63,522 bases of DNA, filler included, from Rhabdomonas costata (GCA_019059605.1; 52 parts of 52 records of this genome joined end to end with filler, not necessarily neighbours in it), one strand, 5' to 3'; shown: positions 1 to 11,240, numbered from the whole stretch's first letter. The notes: generated from the letters alone by a model not told the origin. Numbers and translations: made by a program.

Positions 1-108
1 GGTGGAATAAGGCAACGACGACCCGGCCCAGAAGTGACTTCCAGAACTGGAAGGGGGACGACTTTTTCCGTTCTTGCTGGGGCCGGGTCGTCGTTGCCTT
101 ATTCCACC
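1..108. repeat. Contig-terminal inverted repeat (29-bp arms 1-29 / 80-108), probable amplification fold-back
   Basis: GGTGGAATAAGGCAACGACGACCCGGCCC and its exact reverse complement; the first arm starts at contig base 1. Confidence 0.8.
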
Positions 109-1125
109 GCTGCCGGGCTCCGAAGGCCGTCTGCCTTGGACCATGCCCTCCGCTTTGGTCATCATCGTGCAAAGGATGCTGCGAGTGCTTCTCGGCCCAA
201 GTCTGCTGCTGTGTAAGGACTCGTATTGAAGTGGGAAGAAGTGCCTTGTAAATACAGTGCCGTCCCTTGTGTGCATGTACTCGTGCTGTTTGTTGCTTGT
301 CAGAATGAACTTTGAGGTTGTGACTGCGCGCTTGATTTCGACCGATTGACTATGAGGGACGCTGCATATTTCTTACGGGGTTCTGTATCGCTGGCGCCCG
401 GCAACGGGCCAGGTGGAAACAGATCCCTTCGCCTTTATTGGGTCCATCGTCTATGAGTCTCAAGAATGACCTGCAGTTGTGGAAGTATCGGCTTACCCAA
501 AGGCTGGGCGGGGGTTGACACGGCTCAACGAATAATAGTGATCGTGAAGTCTCTCGGCTCCATGCCTTTCACCAGGGTCGGGTTTCTGTGGGGAGGGGGC
601 GTTAAACGGTATACCGCTGTAATAGGATAAAGGACGGAACTAAGCCGTGGGGGCCCGGCCCATCCTGCCACTAGTGTTCGCACTTCGGTTTGACGTGTAT
701 CGTTACGTGGCATGTCGCGAACCGGCCTCGTTCCGGCCATCGGGGTCCATTGACCCCCTTGAGTCGGACCAAGGCTGGTGGCGACGGGGTGCCCGTTGCC
801 TCCGGTGCCGTCGGTCTTAGACAGGTGGTACGCCAAGGAGAAGCCAAGGCGAAATCAAAGGGACAAGGACAGTTCCCTTGGTCCCTGCGGCCGCCTCCGC
901 GATCACGACGACGGCCTCGAAAAGAAGGCCGCCGGACCACGAAGCCCACGAAGCCCGAAGCCGAGGGGCTTACGACCCCAAAGGTTCAACGGGCAATGTT
1001 TTAGTTTCTGCATGCGCATGCCCTCGCCCAGATGCCGTGGACATTGTGTTACAGATTCTTATTGTTTCTCTCTCATTTTCCGATCCCGGGCGGAAAGGGG
1101 GTCCGAAGGGAAATCTAACACACAA

Positions 1126-1225
1126 NNNNNNNNNNNNNNNNNNNNNNNNNNNNNNNNNNNNNNNNNNNNTTAATTAATTAANNNNNNNNNNNNNNNNNNN
1201 NNNNNNNNNNNNNNNNNNNNNNNNN
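1126..1225. other. Artificial contig linker (first of 51): N-run + TTAATTAATTAA + N-run
   Basis: The same 100-nt spacer recurs about every 1224 nt. TTAATTAATTAA puts stops in all six frames. ORFs in the track that end in X...LIN or X...N are linker read-throughs. Confidence 0.99.
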
Positions 1226-2345
1226 CGTAGGCCTGGTAGGATTACCCAGCATGCTCCTGGCTTGTTGGGGCCTGAGCTTATATTAACGTCTTCCCTGGGT
1301 TTTCTAAGAGCTGCGTCTTCTCTTCTGGCCTCAAGCGGGTCCATTCCAAAACGCTTTGCCAGGCTGATCATCCGGTACAGCCCAAACTCCCCTGGATGTT
1401 CTGGACGCACCGGTTCGGATTCCGGTCGCAGCTCGGACTTCTCCACACTTCAGGCTGACTCCAGCATTTGATCATAGGCCTTCCGTGCCTGCGCGTCTAA
1501 TAAGGTCTCGTATGCCCGTTGCAGGCGATTGCCTTCGTGGTCTCCAGCGGGAATTTATCTGGGTGGCACTCCAATGCCAATCTCCTGTACGCTGCTCTAA
1601 TTGCCGTGGATGCTGCACCCCCAGCCCCTGGCAGTGCGACTTGCTCAACGGTTCCTCCAGCTCCTGCAATTTTTCTCTTTCTCTCTGGATTTGCGCTTCC
1701 CTTCGGAGCAATGCAACTCGCTCTTGGTTTTGTTGTGCACGCTGCTTCAGCTTTGTGACCTCGTCCCGCCATCGATCCATGAGATTCAATCTCTCCTCTC
1801 CTTCAAGCTGTTCTAATTTTCGAACATTCCTGCCTGCTGGGAGGGACTGAACTCGTTCCTTTCCTCCGAGATGGGGGCGTCGAGTTGAGGCTTCTTCACC
1901 ATTCCTTGGTAACCTCCGTGCTGCTCTCCCTGCTAACGCTGTGCTCTCTTCGAAAACGTGGCGTTCCATCAGCTCATCAACTTCCAGCTCCATCCTTTTA
2001 TCTTGCTCCATGCCGCACAGGCTGCGCCAGGTCACATCGTGTAGAGGCCCGCACTTTCTTTTCACCATCGCTTGGAGCTTCTGCCTCTCTCTGGATGCTT
2101 CAAATGTCATGGCGAATCTGGCTGTTGCCTCTTGTGCTGCTAAGTTCTCATCCCACCGCTCAGTGGGCTCGCGCTCCCCCCGCCGACTGCGTCCCGCTCT
2201 CATTTGTTCCCGTCGTCTTTCTCGAGGCTTCACGCTGGGGCAACCATAGCCTGCGGGGTCTTTCGCGGTTCCCTTTGCTCATACACGAGCAGAGCTGCCT
2301 CCTCTGCCCTGTACGACTCCGATGGTCGCACATTTTCATCATCAA
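1226..2345 (-). pseudogene. Decayed copy of the USP-coiled coil-J-domain ORF at 62399-63520
   Basis: Nearly identical to 62399-63390 but with a 70-nt deletion (equivalent to 63220-63289), 10-nt and 13-nt deletions in the J-domain region, and CGA>TGA at 1452-1450. It retains the HPD motif and extends about 75 codons beyond the point where the intact copy is truncated. Confidence 0.9.
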
Positions 2346-3677
2346 AAAAAAANNNNNNNNNNNNNNNNNNNNNNNNNNNNNNNNNNNNNNNNNNNNTTAA
2401 TTAATTAANNNNNNNNNNNNNNNNNNNNNNNNNNNNNNNNNNNNNNNNNNNNGGTGTTGTGTGTGGGTCTGGCTTTGAGCCCTCCACTTTGGAGAATTCC
2501 CACAGGGTATGTAAGGTACCAGGTGCACAGCGTCAACTTCCATCGTTGAGTTGAGAGTCGGGTCATGGTGGGTGATTCAACGCTACTCCATCGCTGTGTG
2601 TGTTGACATGTTGCAAATGACCTCCACATCTTTTATAACAACGGTGGTTCTGTATTCTAGGGTTATTCGAGTTGGATTACGGTAAATCTACGCACATAGT
2701 TGTACTATATTTGTAGTACGAATCCCCACCTATACATGTAGCTGGCAGCCTCAACTGAGTACTTTAGATGTTGGCATCACGCTAACGTTACAGTTTGGGT
2801 AAAAATTCACTGATTTTTCCACTCACGCTATGAGCGGTTGCGTCATAACTCAGTATCCGTATGTGGTTGTAGGACGTTATGATGGTTTTAATCACGACTC
2901 CCTCACAAGACTACCTGTGGTTCCGATATTCAGCCGTGTAGCGGTTGTCTAAGATTAAGGAATGTACTAGTGGACTACCCACTAGCGTAACCATACACGA
3001 GAGACCAGCACTACCCAACTTTGTGGCTATTATAGCTTTCAGGATTATGCGACGGATGTAGCTATAGAGCGGCTTCTGAATGGTTAACACCTCTTGTGTA
3101 GGAAGAAATAACACCGGGAAAACTAAGTGAGCAGCACCTGAGGATCACACCGGAGTCATACATAATTCAACAGAACCACAAAAGGAAACCTGAACCACTA
3201 CCCATGAATGGAGTAATAGCCAACAGCAAGTACGCGAGAAGAGAACCCAATGCCCAAACCCATATGCCTGAACGAAATGCCTGAACACGAGACACTAACG
3301 CCAAACCCAAAGCACCACGCAAAAACCCACATCAAATCCACCTCACGATCATCCAAACACTACCACCAACGCCCACACAACACCACCACGTACACACACA
3401 CCAACAGACCCAACCTCCCACGCAGACACCACAGTACCACCAACCACACATCCAACGCCAACACTTACGCGCTACCACACTCTACTACACACTACAACTC
3501 AACCACACTACAACAACAAAACAATAGCACGGACACCAACCCAACCATCACAACCATACCATACTACAACTTACCACNNNNNNNNNNNNNNNNNNNNNNN
3601 NNNNNNNNNNNNNNNNNNNNNTTAATTAATTAANNNNNNNNNNNNNNNNNNNNNNNNNNNNNNNNNNNNNNNNNNNN

Positions 3678-3773
3678 CTGACCATCTGTTGGAGCGATTA
3701 TTTGACAATCTTTTAGTTTTTGTAAATATGTTATTGACTCCTCACTATCAGTTTTATCTGTAATAAAGCCCAT
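3678..3773 (-). CDS. 5' end of a divergently transcribed viral ORF (MGFITDKTDSEESITYLQKLKDCQIIAPTDGQ..., partial)
   Basis: 32 open codons run to the contig edge. The ATG is preceded by TATTATATAA, the same motif as the PLA2 gene. Too short for the ORF track. Confidence 0.6.
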
Positions 3774-3817
3774 TTATATAATACAGTCATAAAAAAATAT
3801 CTGATTATAATATATAC

Positions 3818-4606
3818 ATGATATCTTTATTTGTTTCAAATTCAGATAGTTCAAACGTCTCTAAAAACGGTTCACAGGTGCAGTTAAGTTTAAATCCAGC
3901 TATTTCATTAGACCCAGAAAAGAGATATTATTGCAGCTGTGTAGAATGTGATATTGTTTATTGTTTCGCAAATATTTTCACAGGAAAAAATGACAGATTT
4001 AATTACACAGTAGGAGCAACAACATATACACATTATTTTAGTCAAGGTCTTTACACTATTCAAGCTATGCAAAACAAAATAAATAGATTTACACAAGATG
4101 ATGTTCAGATCACTGGTCTTTTTATACTAGAACCAGACCTGAGTACATCTCATTGTTTTGTTCATTTCATGAGCACTACATGCAGTATTAATATTCAAGG
4201 AACAGATAATGTAATGCAGATATTAGGATATGTGGCAGATGCAACAACTACTAAAATAGGACCAGTTACACATGTAAATGATTATGCAGAAGGAAATAAT
4301 GCCCAATTAAACAATATTCAAAATGTATTAATTCTTGCATCATTTGTTAATGGATCATATTATAATAGACAAGCCAAAAATGTATTATGCAGTATTACAC
4401 CAGACGTAAAACCATATTCTGTAATAATGTACAGGCCTCAGAAGAGTGTTTATGTTCCTGTTATACAACATATTTTAGATATAATTACTTTTCAGTTGGT
4501 TGATCAGGACGGTCACGAATTGAATCTAGGTGTAAATCAAACCGGGGAATTATACGAACGATGGTCAGCCCGAATAATTATAGTTGATGCTGATCATGTA
4601 TTTTAA
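3818..4606 (+). CDS. Polinton/adintovirus-type minor capsid protein (penton, single jelly-roll), 262 aa
   Basis: Motif order typical of Maverick pentons: NPAISL, FANIFTGKNDRFNY, GLYTI..INR, ILGY, NIQNVLILASFVNGSYYN, VLCSITPDVKP..IMYRP..VYVPV, ITFQLVDQDG. Length fits. Confidence 0.8.
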   Translation: MISLFVSNSDSSNVSKNGSQVQLSLNPAISLDPEKRYYCSCVECDIVYCFANIFTGKNDRFNYTVGATTYTHYFSQGLYTIQAMQNKINRFTQDDVQITGLFILEPDLSTSHCFVHFMSTTCSINIQGTDNVMQILGYVADATTTKIGPVTHVNDYAEGNNAQLNNIQNVLILASFVNGSYYNRQAKNVLCSITPDVKPYSVIMYRPQKSVYVPVIQHILDIITFQLVDQDGHELNLGVNQTGELYERWSARIIIVDADHVF

Positions 4607-4626
4607 TTTCTCCGCTTATTATATAA

Positions 4627-4802
4627 ATGACAACATACAAAAACGGTTTATATTCTGGTGGTGGTTTTGATGATATATTAAAGAAGTTCACTTATGAAAA
4701 ATACCCAAATGAGCGTCACTTTCCATTTTATAATTATCTAGGTCCTCATACCAGATTAGACATAAGGCTAGATTCTAACGGAAAACCAAGAGCTGGGGAA
4801 GA
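4627..4802 (+). CDS. Parvovirus-type phospholipase A2 (PLA2X-like) protein, 5' part
   Basis: HFPFYNYLGPHTRLDIRL Ca-loop motif; near-identical to 42876-43262, which carries the HD catalytic helix. Confidence 0.85.
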
Positions 4803-7800
4803 NNNNNNNNNNNNNNNNNNNNNNNNNNNNNNNNNNNNNNNNNNNNTTAATTAATTAANNNNNNNNNNNNNNNNNNNNNNNNNNNNNNNNNNNNNNNNNN
4901 NNGGGGTTTTGTATATACAGCAGGCCTGCTTCGGCTTAGCCCTCTTTTCTCTCTTTAAGCCTTACACCTTTGAATATTCTCGGGATAAGAAAGCTCACAC
5001 AAATACCATCGCCCTTCTAAGTTCATATTTACGGTGGATTCACAACTCGCTGACCTTGTGCGTAAAGGATCAAGCCTTCACCCTTTTCCCAGGTCCTTAT
5101 TTTGCGACCACTTGCTGGATAAACCATCATTTGTTCCTTGTGTTCGTTCAGACAACCAGAAAGCGTGACGGTGAGGGTTGACTGCGGACTGAAGGCATCT
5201 GCATCCGCGGGACAGCAGTCATCCCAGCTGTGGCTGCGATCCAAAGAACTCCCTGGTCGCCGTTGTGGCGGTTCGGCAGCGAAAGTGCAGCAGGGTGGGC
5301 CAGGGTTCAGCTTGGACGAAGTGTCGGCCGGGCTCAAAACGAGGACCCTGCGACCACTGAAGTGGCCACCTTGCTGGCCACAACATCCTCAAGGCTGGCG
5401 CACTCCAGCTCCGTGTCAGAAACGTTGTAGACCTATAGGGGGCATGGGAGACTCAGTGTTTGTGAGGGCGCAAGCGGGAATAAACGCACACCGAGCTGAA
5501 GGGCAGGCAGGGAGAGGAGGGAACGAGACCGTCTTCGTGAAAGTGAGTCACAACGTGAACTCGTTCAAAAGCAGAGCCCGTAGAAATCACACGCTCGCGT
5601 ACTGACCATGGCCCAAGATCCAAAACCTGCCCTCGATTTGTAATAACTAACGGAAAACTCCCAAGACCTATATGAGTGCTTCCAACAAAACACCTTCGAG
5701 TAAATGGTCGTTATTTGGATTGGTGTGATCCAAAATATGCTTCGCGGAAGCGAACAACAGAGCAAAGAGCTGATGACCATTTTCCACTGAAAAGCCCCTT
5801 CCTTCCCAAGTTGGATATGGGTACTACTGGTTTGCGATGCTTGGGCACACCTTTCGTACACGGCCGATACCCACAACCTTCGCAAATTCCGCCGTCTCCC
5901 AGGCCACTTTTCGGCCCTCAACCAGTGTTTCAACGGCGCGAAGCTGTGATTTCGCAGAAAAATGCAAACTATCATGCCCAAACAGACAATCGATCGCCCT
6001 GGTTCCCTCCGTCACCCCCCCACACANNNNNNNNNNNNNNNNNNNNNNNNNNNNNNNNNNNNNNNNNNNNTTAATTAATTAANNNNNNNNNNNNNNNNNN
6101 NNNNNNNNNNNNNNNNNNNNNNNNNNCTGTGTGTCGTTGGGAAGTGGAGGCCTGGGCAGGCTCAGTATTCACCCATCACCGGTTGTGAGCATTGCCTCCG
6201 AAGCCACATCATACAGAATAGGGGCGGGTTCAAGACCGCTGCAAAGGTTTCGTTTAGGAATCGTTTCTGTTTTGTGTCGGACTGTTTTGTGACTCCGTGT
6301 GGGTGGGGTGAGGGTTACAACATGTGGGTTGGCCGCAGCCGACAAGACAGCGTTGTGAACAGCTAAGTATGTTGATAATGGTTTTGTTCGATTTTTACCT
6401 ATACTTGCACGGCCGCTCATCAATTAGTCTGCCGTAGAGTTTTTTGTTGCTTTGATTGCGCAGTGGAATGGGTTCCTGCCGTACTACGCCCGCTGCGGAG
6501 GCCACACGGTGTTCATGTTCATCGCCGGTCTGCCCCTCTCCCCTCCCCAAATAGTGCCTTGCTCTTGCGAGTGCGAGTGGATTCCCAATGAATGAGTTCC
6601 CAATGAATAGATTAACGCAGTCACCAATTGCAGCACGGGGCATCTGTGCGTGTCAGCTTGGGGGGGGGGTGATGCCGGGTGTATGTCCACCGTTAATAAG
6701 ACCTCTGGTTGTCCGCCAGGCAGCGTGTTTCAGTTCACTCCGGATTTTGCTATGCTTGCTTTAGTTCGTGGCCACCGCTAAACACCACTATACTATCCTA
6801 GTTATGGTAAAGAAATGGGGGGGTTCCGTAATGGCTATGCCATTTGTGCCTCCGGTCAGCACACTGGAGAGAACGGACAGAAATCTTGACTGGGTTTTTG
6901 GATGACGAAATCGTGTGGCTTCTCAAGAGGATGTCGGGATCGTGGGTGGTATACGGGCGATGTAATGGTCACGCGCACCGAGGCGACGACATCCTTGATA
7001 ATGCAGAGCAGCCAAATGGGGCCAAAAGACAAGCATTTTGGCAGGGGCCCATCGAGCGGATAGAAAAGCCCCGAGCTGCGTTATAACTATGATCCATCTT
7101 CATGGGTATGTTTGCTCCATTCGCGTCATGAGTATCATGGCACTTTTTGGCATTTGAGTCTTTATCCGTTTTTTTTTCGGAGTCCCCGTCTTTACCTCGT
7201 TACGGTCGGGGGGCCTGCTGGCTTGTCATTCCTCTGTTGTCACACACACANNNNNNNNNNNNNNNNNNNNNNNNNNNNNNNNNNNNNNNNNNNNTTAATT
7301 AATTAANNNNNNNNNNNNNNNNNNNNNNNNNNNNNNNNNNNNNNNNNNNNGTGGTTGGGTCTTTCGTCTGAATGCGGTAAAAGCAGATGAATGCTGACTC
7401 GAGAACCCTCTCAGGTTATGATCGAAGCCCGAGGGGGCCACATTTGCGCCAGCAGGTTGCCGTACACGTGGTTCTTGAAAGCTGGGTACCACCGAAGCAA
7501 AACCTGCTGCTGAGCTTCCCAGTGGGCACGATTTTTCTGGGCTGCAACCAAGAAGGCCACTAGGTCACCGCGAAGCTTCACAATTGGGCAGGGCTGTCGA
7601 AAAAGAACATGACAACAAAGAACATGCCCCTGAGCCTAACTTACTAGCCAGGACCTTACTTCAAAGTGCAAAACTTGTAAAATAAGAATGCTGTTTTGAA
7701 GCAAAGCTTCCGGAAGTGGCTGGCCTTGAATACCGAAGCGATGAGCACCAGCAGAAGGGCCTGGCAGCCCAGCGGTGACAATTCCATCAATGCACAACAA

Positions 7801-8850
7801 TCCGCAAACGTCGAAACTGTTCGCCACTGCTCAACGTTTAACCGTTTGTTTGTTCCCTGACATACTTCAACCAATATATATACTACTACTATATAATGTT
7901 ACTATATATAATGTACCACAGATTCTTGTGCGCACTTTGTGTGTATGCATTTGAGTATACACCACATATGTTAGAATTCCATACCTTTTTGGGGCCGCGG
8001 CAGTTGTAACAGTGTGCGCTTCCTGGATTCCAACATAATTATTCAGCGGTTTTTTTGAGACGGCATCCCCCCCTTTCTCTGCAATTTCAAGCTGGATCGT
8101 CATAAAAGCTGAAATGCACCCAAGAGAGATTATTATCCGGTTGAAGAGAAATAATCGCCATGCCCCGCATATTATGGAATGAGTCCTCTCAATATGTCCC
8201 AAGGACAATTCAAAAAGGCTGCAGCAGTCATGAAAGAATGGCACTCACTAACTGTAATTCCTCTTTGAGGTTTTCCTGAGAGTCGATAACGAAGTGAGCA
8301 GTGCATGTGAAATGGGTGGTTCGCCCTTCCAAACCCCAACCAAGTCCCACTTAGTCACCATTGCAGCTACGATATGCGCAATACCGAAGTTATTTGTCTG
8401 TTAAAAGCGACGCGATATTTTAAGATTCATTAGCTAAACCACACCACACCACACCGCGCCTGCGAACACAAAGANNNNNNNNNNNNNNNNNNNNNNNNNN
8501 NNNNNNNNNNNNNNNNNNTTAATTAATTAANNNNNNNNNNNNNNNNNNNNNNNNNNNNNNNNNNNNNNNNNNNNCCTCTGTATTATTGTGCTCTGGAAGA
8601 ATTTTGCTCTCAGGTGCGCCCCCATGTCCGTTTGGATTTTTTCGCTCTTGCACCCACCTCCAGATCCGTTCTGGTGTGCAACGCATGTGCGGGGTGGGGG
8701 GGAGTCATCGCTGTTGGCAATGAGACTTTTAGCCCCCACATCACAGGGACTTGAGTTTTGAGATCTCAAGAACAGCCGCCAACACTTCAGAGCCCGTCTT
8801 CCAGTCAAACTTGGTGCTAGGTGTTCATTAGTTGCTGTTGTAAAAAAAAG

Positions 8851-9021
8851 GTTTTCCCGGAGGTCAAGGCTGGGCTAGAGGGCCATGCGGAGGAGCTGGC
8901 CAAGGACACGGACAAGATCCGCAAGCGCGAGCAGAGCCTCAGCCAGAGCTTCGAGTCGTGGGTGGAGCAGTACAAAGCCGTTAAGAAAGAGGTCGGGCTG
9001 GCCACCGACAACTACAACAAG
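8851..9021 (+). CDS. IFT57: Intraflagellar transport protein 57, coiled-coil exon
   Basis: VFPEVKAGLEGHAEELAKDTDKIRKREQSLSQSFESWVEQYK matches the IFT57 KI..RE..L..QF motif. AG acceptor; the donor is GC (AAG|GCACAG). Confidence 0.75.
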
Positions 9022-9506
9022 GCACAGCGCAATCCCACTCCCTCGGCTTATCCTCTTCTCTATCTCTCGCTTCCCCTTCTCTTGTTTCCGCCTCTCCCGT
9101 TGCTTTTGTGCTCTTCTGTCGTTTGTGCCCCTCGTTGCACGCCGGGACGTCACACTGGTGGGGTTGGAATTACCCCTTACTTGTTTTTTGTTGCGATGTT
9201 TAGCTGTTGAGGGGTAACTGCCTGCTTGCAGCAGCCTATCCAGTTGATGTCTGAAAGTCCGAAAGACAAAATGTTAAGTGGTTCAGATAGTGTCTTCAAG
9301 CTTCGGCTTGCTACTGGGTTGTTTTTTCAAATTAACTTGCAATGAGTCGCCGTTTTGCCCCTCGAGGTGGAAGTGGAGCGGACAGAAGGACGCAGCAGGA
9401 GTACCATTATTTGACCTTAGCTGTGTGTATGTGTGTTGTTTGTGAGTAATTCCCAGCCGTCATCCAAAAGTTTCGTCACGGAACAAGACTCCAGCTGCTC
9501 ACTCAC

Positions 9507-9548
9507 CGCGTTCAGCTCTGTGCTGAGCGCATTGACCTGCTCCATCAC
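9507..9548 (-). CDS. IFT57: Probable next IFT57 exon (VMEQVNALSTELNA), in inverted orientation
   Basis: Pyrimidine tract-CAG acceptor and GTGAGT donor; 42 nt, phase 0. The peptide continues the IFT57 V..LS.ELN.VSE motif. Confidence 0.6.
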
Positions 9549-9800
9549 CTGTGAAAGGGAAAACTACGGTACAGAAACTTTCAGGCACCGAAGTCGACTC
9601 GAATCCACATCACGCTCCAACACGCTGGTCTCGATTAGCTCGATTAAGGCTGAAGGCAACTCTGGCCCCACCCCACAGCCCAGGCTACCCACAACAACNN
9701 NNNNNNNNNNNNNNNNNNNNNNNNNNNNNNNNNNNNNNNNNNTTAATTAATTAANNNNNNNNNNNNNNNNNNNNNNNNNNNNNNNNNNNNNNNNNNNNAA

Positions 9801-10310
9801 GAGGATATGTATGGAGAGGTAATGTTGCGTCCCATTGCTGGGAATGCTGTACGTCCAGATTTTGGGCCGGAAGAGGAAGTGAAGTTAGAACCTACGATAT
9901 TCATAGCAATGTGCTACAATTTTTTAGTGACTCCTTGTATCGATTTGTTTGCGTCGGCAGAGCACCATCAGCTGCCGCGGTATTTTACAGTTGACGAGAG
10001 GGATGGGGAGGCGATGGGCTGCAATGCGTTTGCCTACAGATGGAGCCCAGATGTGTGTCTGTACGCCAACCCTCCCTGGAGCCTCATTCCACATGTTTTG
10101 GCAAAGGTCTGTCGAGAAAGATCTCGGCTGCTTTTGGTGACACCAGAGTGGGTTGAAGCCCCATGGTATCCTTTGCTGAAAAAGCTGACGATCAGATTCC
10201 AGAGGTGGAGTGGGAGATTGTATTTAGTATCCGCAGGAAATCTTCGACCAAGGACGCTGTGTGCCACGGTGTTTTCCTACGTGGTTGGAAAAGAGATTGG
10301 TGGAGTTTAG
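9801..10310 (+). CDS. Retroelement-type (DIRS-like) DNA N6-adenine methyltransferase domain, C-terminal part of a 5'-truncated ORF
   Basis: IDLFAS..HHQLPRYF (SAM-binding), NAF..W..LYANPPWSLIP (catalytic NPPW), LLVTPEW..PWYPLL. Intronless and open from the contig start. Confidence 0.85.
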   Translation, partial: EDMYGEVMLRPIAGNAVRPDFGPEEEVKLEPTIFIAMCYNFLVTPCIDLFASAEHHQLPRYFTVDERDGEAMGCNAFAYRWSPDVCLYANPPWSLIPHVLAKVCRERSRLLLVTPEWVEAPWYPLLKKLTIRFQRWSGRLYLVSAGNLRPRTLCATVFSYVVGKEIGGV

Positions 10311-11240
10311 AGTGTAGTCATTGGGTTATACACATAGGAGGTTAGAGTGGGTTATCCACAAGTGTGAACTGGAGTAGAGCGTGTTATCAGATGGGCAGGA
10401 GACGAGCTTTTGATGCTTTGTCCTGTGTGTTTGTACCTTTGTTTTCCATTTCAGGCGCAAGGAACAACTCACCTAAGAAAGAAGAGGAGGGGGAGAAGTT
10501 CCTCCCCTCGAGCTACTTCCACAGAAAGACCCCGGTACTGCGCCCGTGGTGTGCCAAATCCACAGCTGAGAGAGAGCCAACCCTCCTGAGAAGCAGTGAG
10601 AGAAAGTGGGTGAGGGGTGAGGCTCCAAAGCGTTGGTGGGTTGAGAGGGGAGAATCCACAGCGTGCGTGGGTTGTGTGCAGAGCTCTGACAAAGCCACTG
10701 AGTGCTTTTGAGTTTCTCTTTGAGAGGCTTGAATGAGTGCTGAAGTACTTCCCAAAAAAGCACACGCAACCACGGACTCTCTTCTCGACACCAATCTCCC
10801 AACGCTACAAGAGGCGGCTAACGACACACGGACACACGGATACCCATAAGTTCTTTTCTGAAGAACCAGAACACGAACACAAACACAAAACTCAATTTTT
10901 GTTCCCCAAAACCCCGGATATGTNNNNNNNNNNNNNNNNNNNNNNNNNNNNNNNNNNNNNNNNNNNNTTAATTAATTAANNNNNNNNNNNNNNNNNNNNN
11001 NNNNNNNNNNNNNNNNNNNNNNNGGGGTTTGGGACGGACTGCGACGGTGGGACCCTGGAGCAGGTTGACATCCCTCTTTTAACGTGCTATGTGGACACTT
11101 GCTGTGCCGTCATCCACGTCAGGGTTGCTGTGTTTCATCGGGTGTGAGAGCGTTGCTCATACTTAGCTGTGTGATGGTGCTGGAATGGTGTCGGTGGCGG
11201 AGACATTCATGATGCGTGTATGGGTTTCAATTTTTTTCAG

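Larger units (their letters stand above)
3678..4802. mobile_element. Fragment of a Polinton/Maverick-like (adintovirus-like) virus, copy 1
   Basis: AT-rich (roughly 70% by eye) against a more GC-rich host; intronless, tightly packed ORFs; penton-like gene followed by a PLA2 gene. Confidence 0.85.

Noticed and set aside
392-402. TGGCGCCCGGC as a tRNA-Lys primer-binding site of an LTR element
   Set aside because: Only 11 nt, not preceded by a CA LTR end, and no gag-like ORF follows.
1170-1181. Regularly spaced TTAATTAATTAA as a CRISPR-like or genomic repeat
   Set aside because: Always embedded in N-runs of fixed total length; it is an artificial six-frame-stop linker.
3250-3577. H/T/N/P-rich ORF
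   Set aside because: It is a product of A/C-skewed low-complexity sequence with no domain evidence.
5770-5795. CTGATGA...GAAA hammerhead ribozyme core
   Set aside because: The intervening sequence cannot form stem II and the flanking stems do not pair.
3678-10310. Treating the viral genes, MTase and USP-J ORF as one linked locus
   Set aside because: They are on separate contigs that are adjacent only through concatenation, so linkage cannot be inferred.
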